Below, in pieces: positions 59,348-60,678 of a DNA stretch of 60,678 nucleotides (position 1 is its first letter; every line of letters starts with the position of its first letter). Made by a program: the position numbers and the translations under genes. The notes below the pieces were generated by a model. That model worked only from the letters and a program-made list of their open reading frames with translations, made no database searches and was not told where the DNA came from. This DNA comes from Verrucomicrobiota bacterium (GTDB lineage Bacteria; Verrucomicrobiota; Verrucomicrobiia; Limisphaerales; CANJSG01), in NCBI GenBank assembly GCA_038209745.1, contig JBBQXJ010000019.1, positions 1-60,678 on the forward strand, in the 5' to 3' direction.

Positions 59348-60678
59348 ATGGAATACGAAGCGGTCATCGGCCTCGAAACGCACGTCCAGCTCAAGACGAA
59401 GTCCAAGATGTGGTGCGGTTGCGCCAATGAGTTTGGCGCCCTCCCGAACACCCACGTCTGCCCCGTCTGCCTCGGCCTGCCCGGCGTCCTGCCCGTCCCG
59501 AACGAGGAAGCCCTCAAGCAGACCATCCTCGCCGGCTACCTCCTGAACTGCGAGATCCCCCGCTTCGCCAAGTTCGACCGCAAGAACTACTTCTACCCCG
59601 ACGCGCCCAAGAACTACCAGATCACCCAGTTCGACAAACCCAGCACCACCAAGGGCTACGTCGACTTCGAGTTCCAGGGCTCCATCGCCCGCGTCCACAT
59701 CACCCGCGCCCACTTGGAGGAGGACGTCGGCAAGAACTTCCACTTCGACCGCATCTCCGGCGTCGATTTCAACCGCGCCGGTGTGCCGCTGCTGGAGATC
59801 GTTTCCGAGCCCGACATCACCAGCCCCGACATGGCCTACGCCTACCTCAACGCCCTCACCGAGATCCTCCGCTACGGCGGCATCTCCGAGTGCAACATGG
59901 AGGAAGGCATGGTCCGCTGCGACGTGAACGTCTCCGTCCGCCCCGTCGGCCAGAAAGAATTCGGCGCCAAGATCGAGATCAAGAACATGAACTCCTTCTC
60001 TGGTGCCCGCCGCGCCCTCGAGTATGAGATCCCGCGCCAGATCGAGGTGTTGAAGTCCGGCGGCAAGCTCTTCCAATGCACCTCCCGCTGGGACGATCCC
60101 GCCGGCATCACCGAGGTCATGCGCACCAAGGAACAGGCGCACGACTACCGCTACTTCCCCGAGCCCGACCTTATGCCCGTCGCCCCCACCGACGAATGGC
60201 TGGCCGACATCCTCAAGCGCATGGTCGAGCTCCCGCTGGCCCGCAAGCAGCGCTTCATGCGCGACTACCAGCTGCCCGCGTCCGACGCGCAGACCTTCGT
60301 CTGGGACGTGCCGCTGGGCGACTACTTCGAGCCCATCGCGAAACAGTCCAAGAATCCCAAGGCCGTCGCCAATTTCGTCATCAACAATCTCCGCGCCAAG
60401 CTGACCGAATCCGGGACCACCCTGGCCGACGTGAAGTTCCCCGGTGCATCCTTCATCGAGCTGATCGACCTCGTGGACTCCGGCAAGATCAGCACCAAGA
60501 TCGCGCAGGAAGTCTTCACCGAGATGTTTGCCACCGGCAAAGCCCCCGCCGCCATCGTGCAGGAAAAAGGCATGGCCCAGGTCAGCGACACCGGCGCCAT
60601 CGAGAAGTTCTGCGACGACGCGTTGGCGGCCAATCCCAAGTCCGTGGCCGACTACAAGTCCGGCAACGTGATCGCGAT
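59348..60678 (+). CDS. gatB: Asp/Glu-tRNA amidotransferase subunit B; 3'-truncated by the window edge
   Basis: Not in the ORF track; hand translation gives MEYEAVIGLETHVQL, CPVCLGLPG, FDRKNYFYPD, DFNRAGVPLLEIVSEP, EIKNMNSF, DYRYFPEPDL. Confidence 0.96.
   Translation, partial: MEYEAVIGLETHVQLKTKSKMWCGCANEFGALPNTHVCPVCLGLPGVLPVPNEEALKQTILAGYLLNCEIPRFAKFDRKNYFYPDAPKNYQITQFDKPSTTKGYVDFEFQGSIARVHITRAHLEEDVGKNFHFDRISGVDFNRAGVPLLEIVSEPDITSPDMAYAYLNALTEILRYGGISECNMEEGMVRCDVNVSVRPVGQKEFGAKIEIKNMNSFSGARRALEYEIPRQIEVLKSGGKLFQCTSRWDDPAGITEVMRTKEQAHDYRYFPEPDLMPVAPTDEWLADILKRMVELPLARKQRFMRDYQLPASDAQTFVWDVPLGDYFEPIAKQSKNPKAVANFVINNLRAKLTESGTTLADVKFPGASFIELIDLVDSGKISTKIAQEVFTEMFATGKAPAAIVQEKGMAQVSDTGAIEKFCDDALAANPKSVADYKSGNVIA

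Overview
GC-rich bacterial chromosomal region. The gene set (lpxC-fabZ fusion, PEP-CTERM proteins, ECF sigma factors with C-terminal extensions, DUF1080, hpnH/hpnJ) and the repeat types suggest Verrucomicrobiota, probably Pedosphaerales/Limisphaerales-like; this is inference. The backbone is housekeeping: leuA (partial), pgk-tpiA-secG, lpxC/fabZ-lpxA, fabD, cydAB, hrpB, fpg/nei, proS, tgt-yajC-secDF-terC-recJ, hpnH-hpnJ, iscA-hscB-like, an ECF/anti-sigma/periplasmic triad with sua5, TPR and tolC, and gatB (partial, absent from the ORF track). Interspersed are secreted or carbohydrate-active proteins (GH92, a GH20-like protein, a 3x LamG-like repeat protein, a PQQ/PKD/cytochrome c protein, two PEP-CTERM proteins and a large Cys-rich protein with a thioester-domain-like N-terminus). 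I found no rRNA, tRNA, CRISPR array, integrase or transposase. The strongest unexplained signals are: (1) a compact nested-stem RNA-like leader directly before an ankyrin protein carrying an N-terminal LPxxPDLEQLRKQAKDLL module; (2) REP-like palindromic doublets inserted in frame in recJ and hrpB, plus a heptamer array in leuA; (3) a sigma54-like promoter, 42-codon ORF and terminator between convergent genes; (4) a TQXA/thioester-like domain in a diderm secreted protein; (5) a diverged ghost copy of the ankyrin gene 3' end beyond a repeat block; (6) MITE-like elements, one next to a decayed pectate lyase gene. All calls come from reading the sequence by eye; no searches were run.
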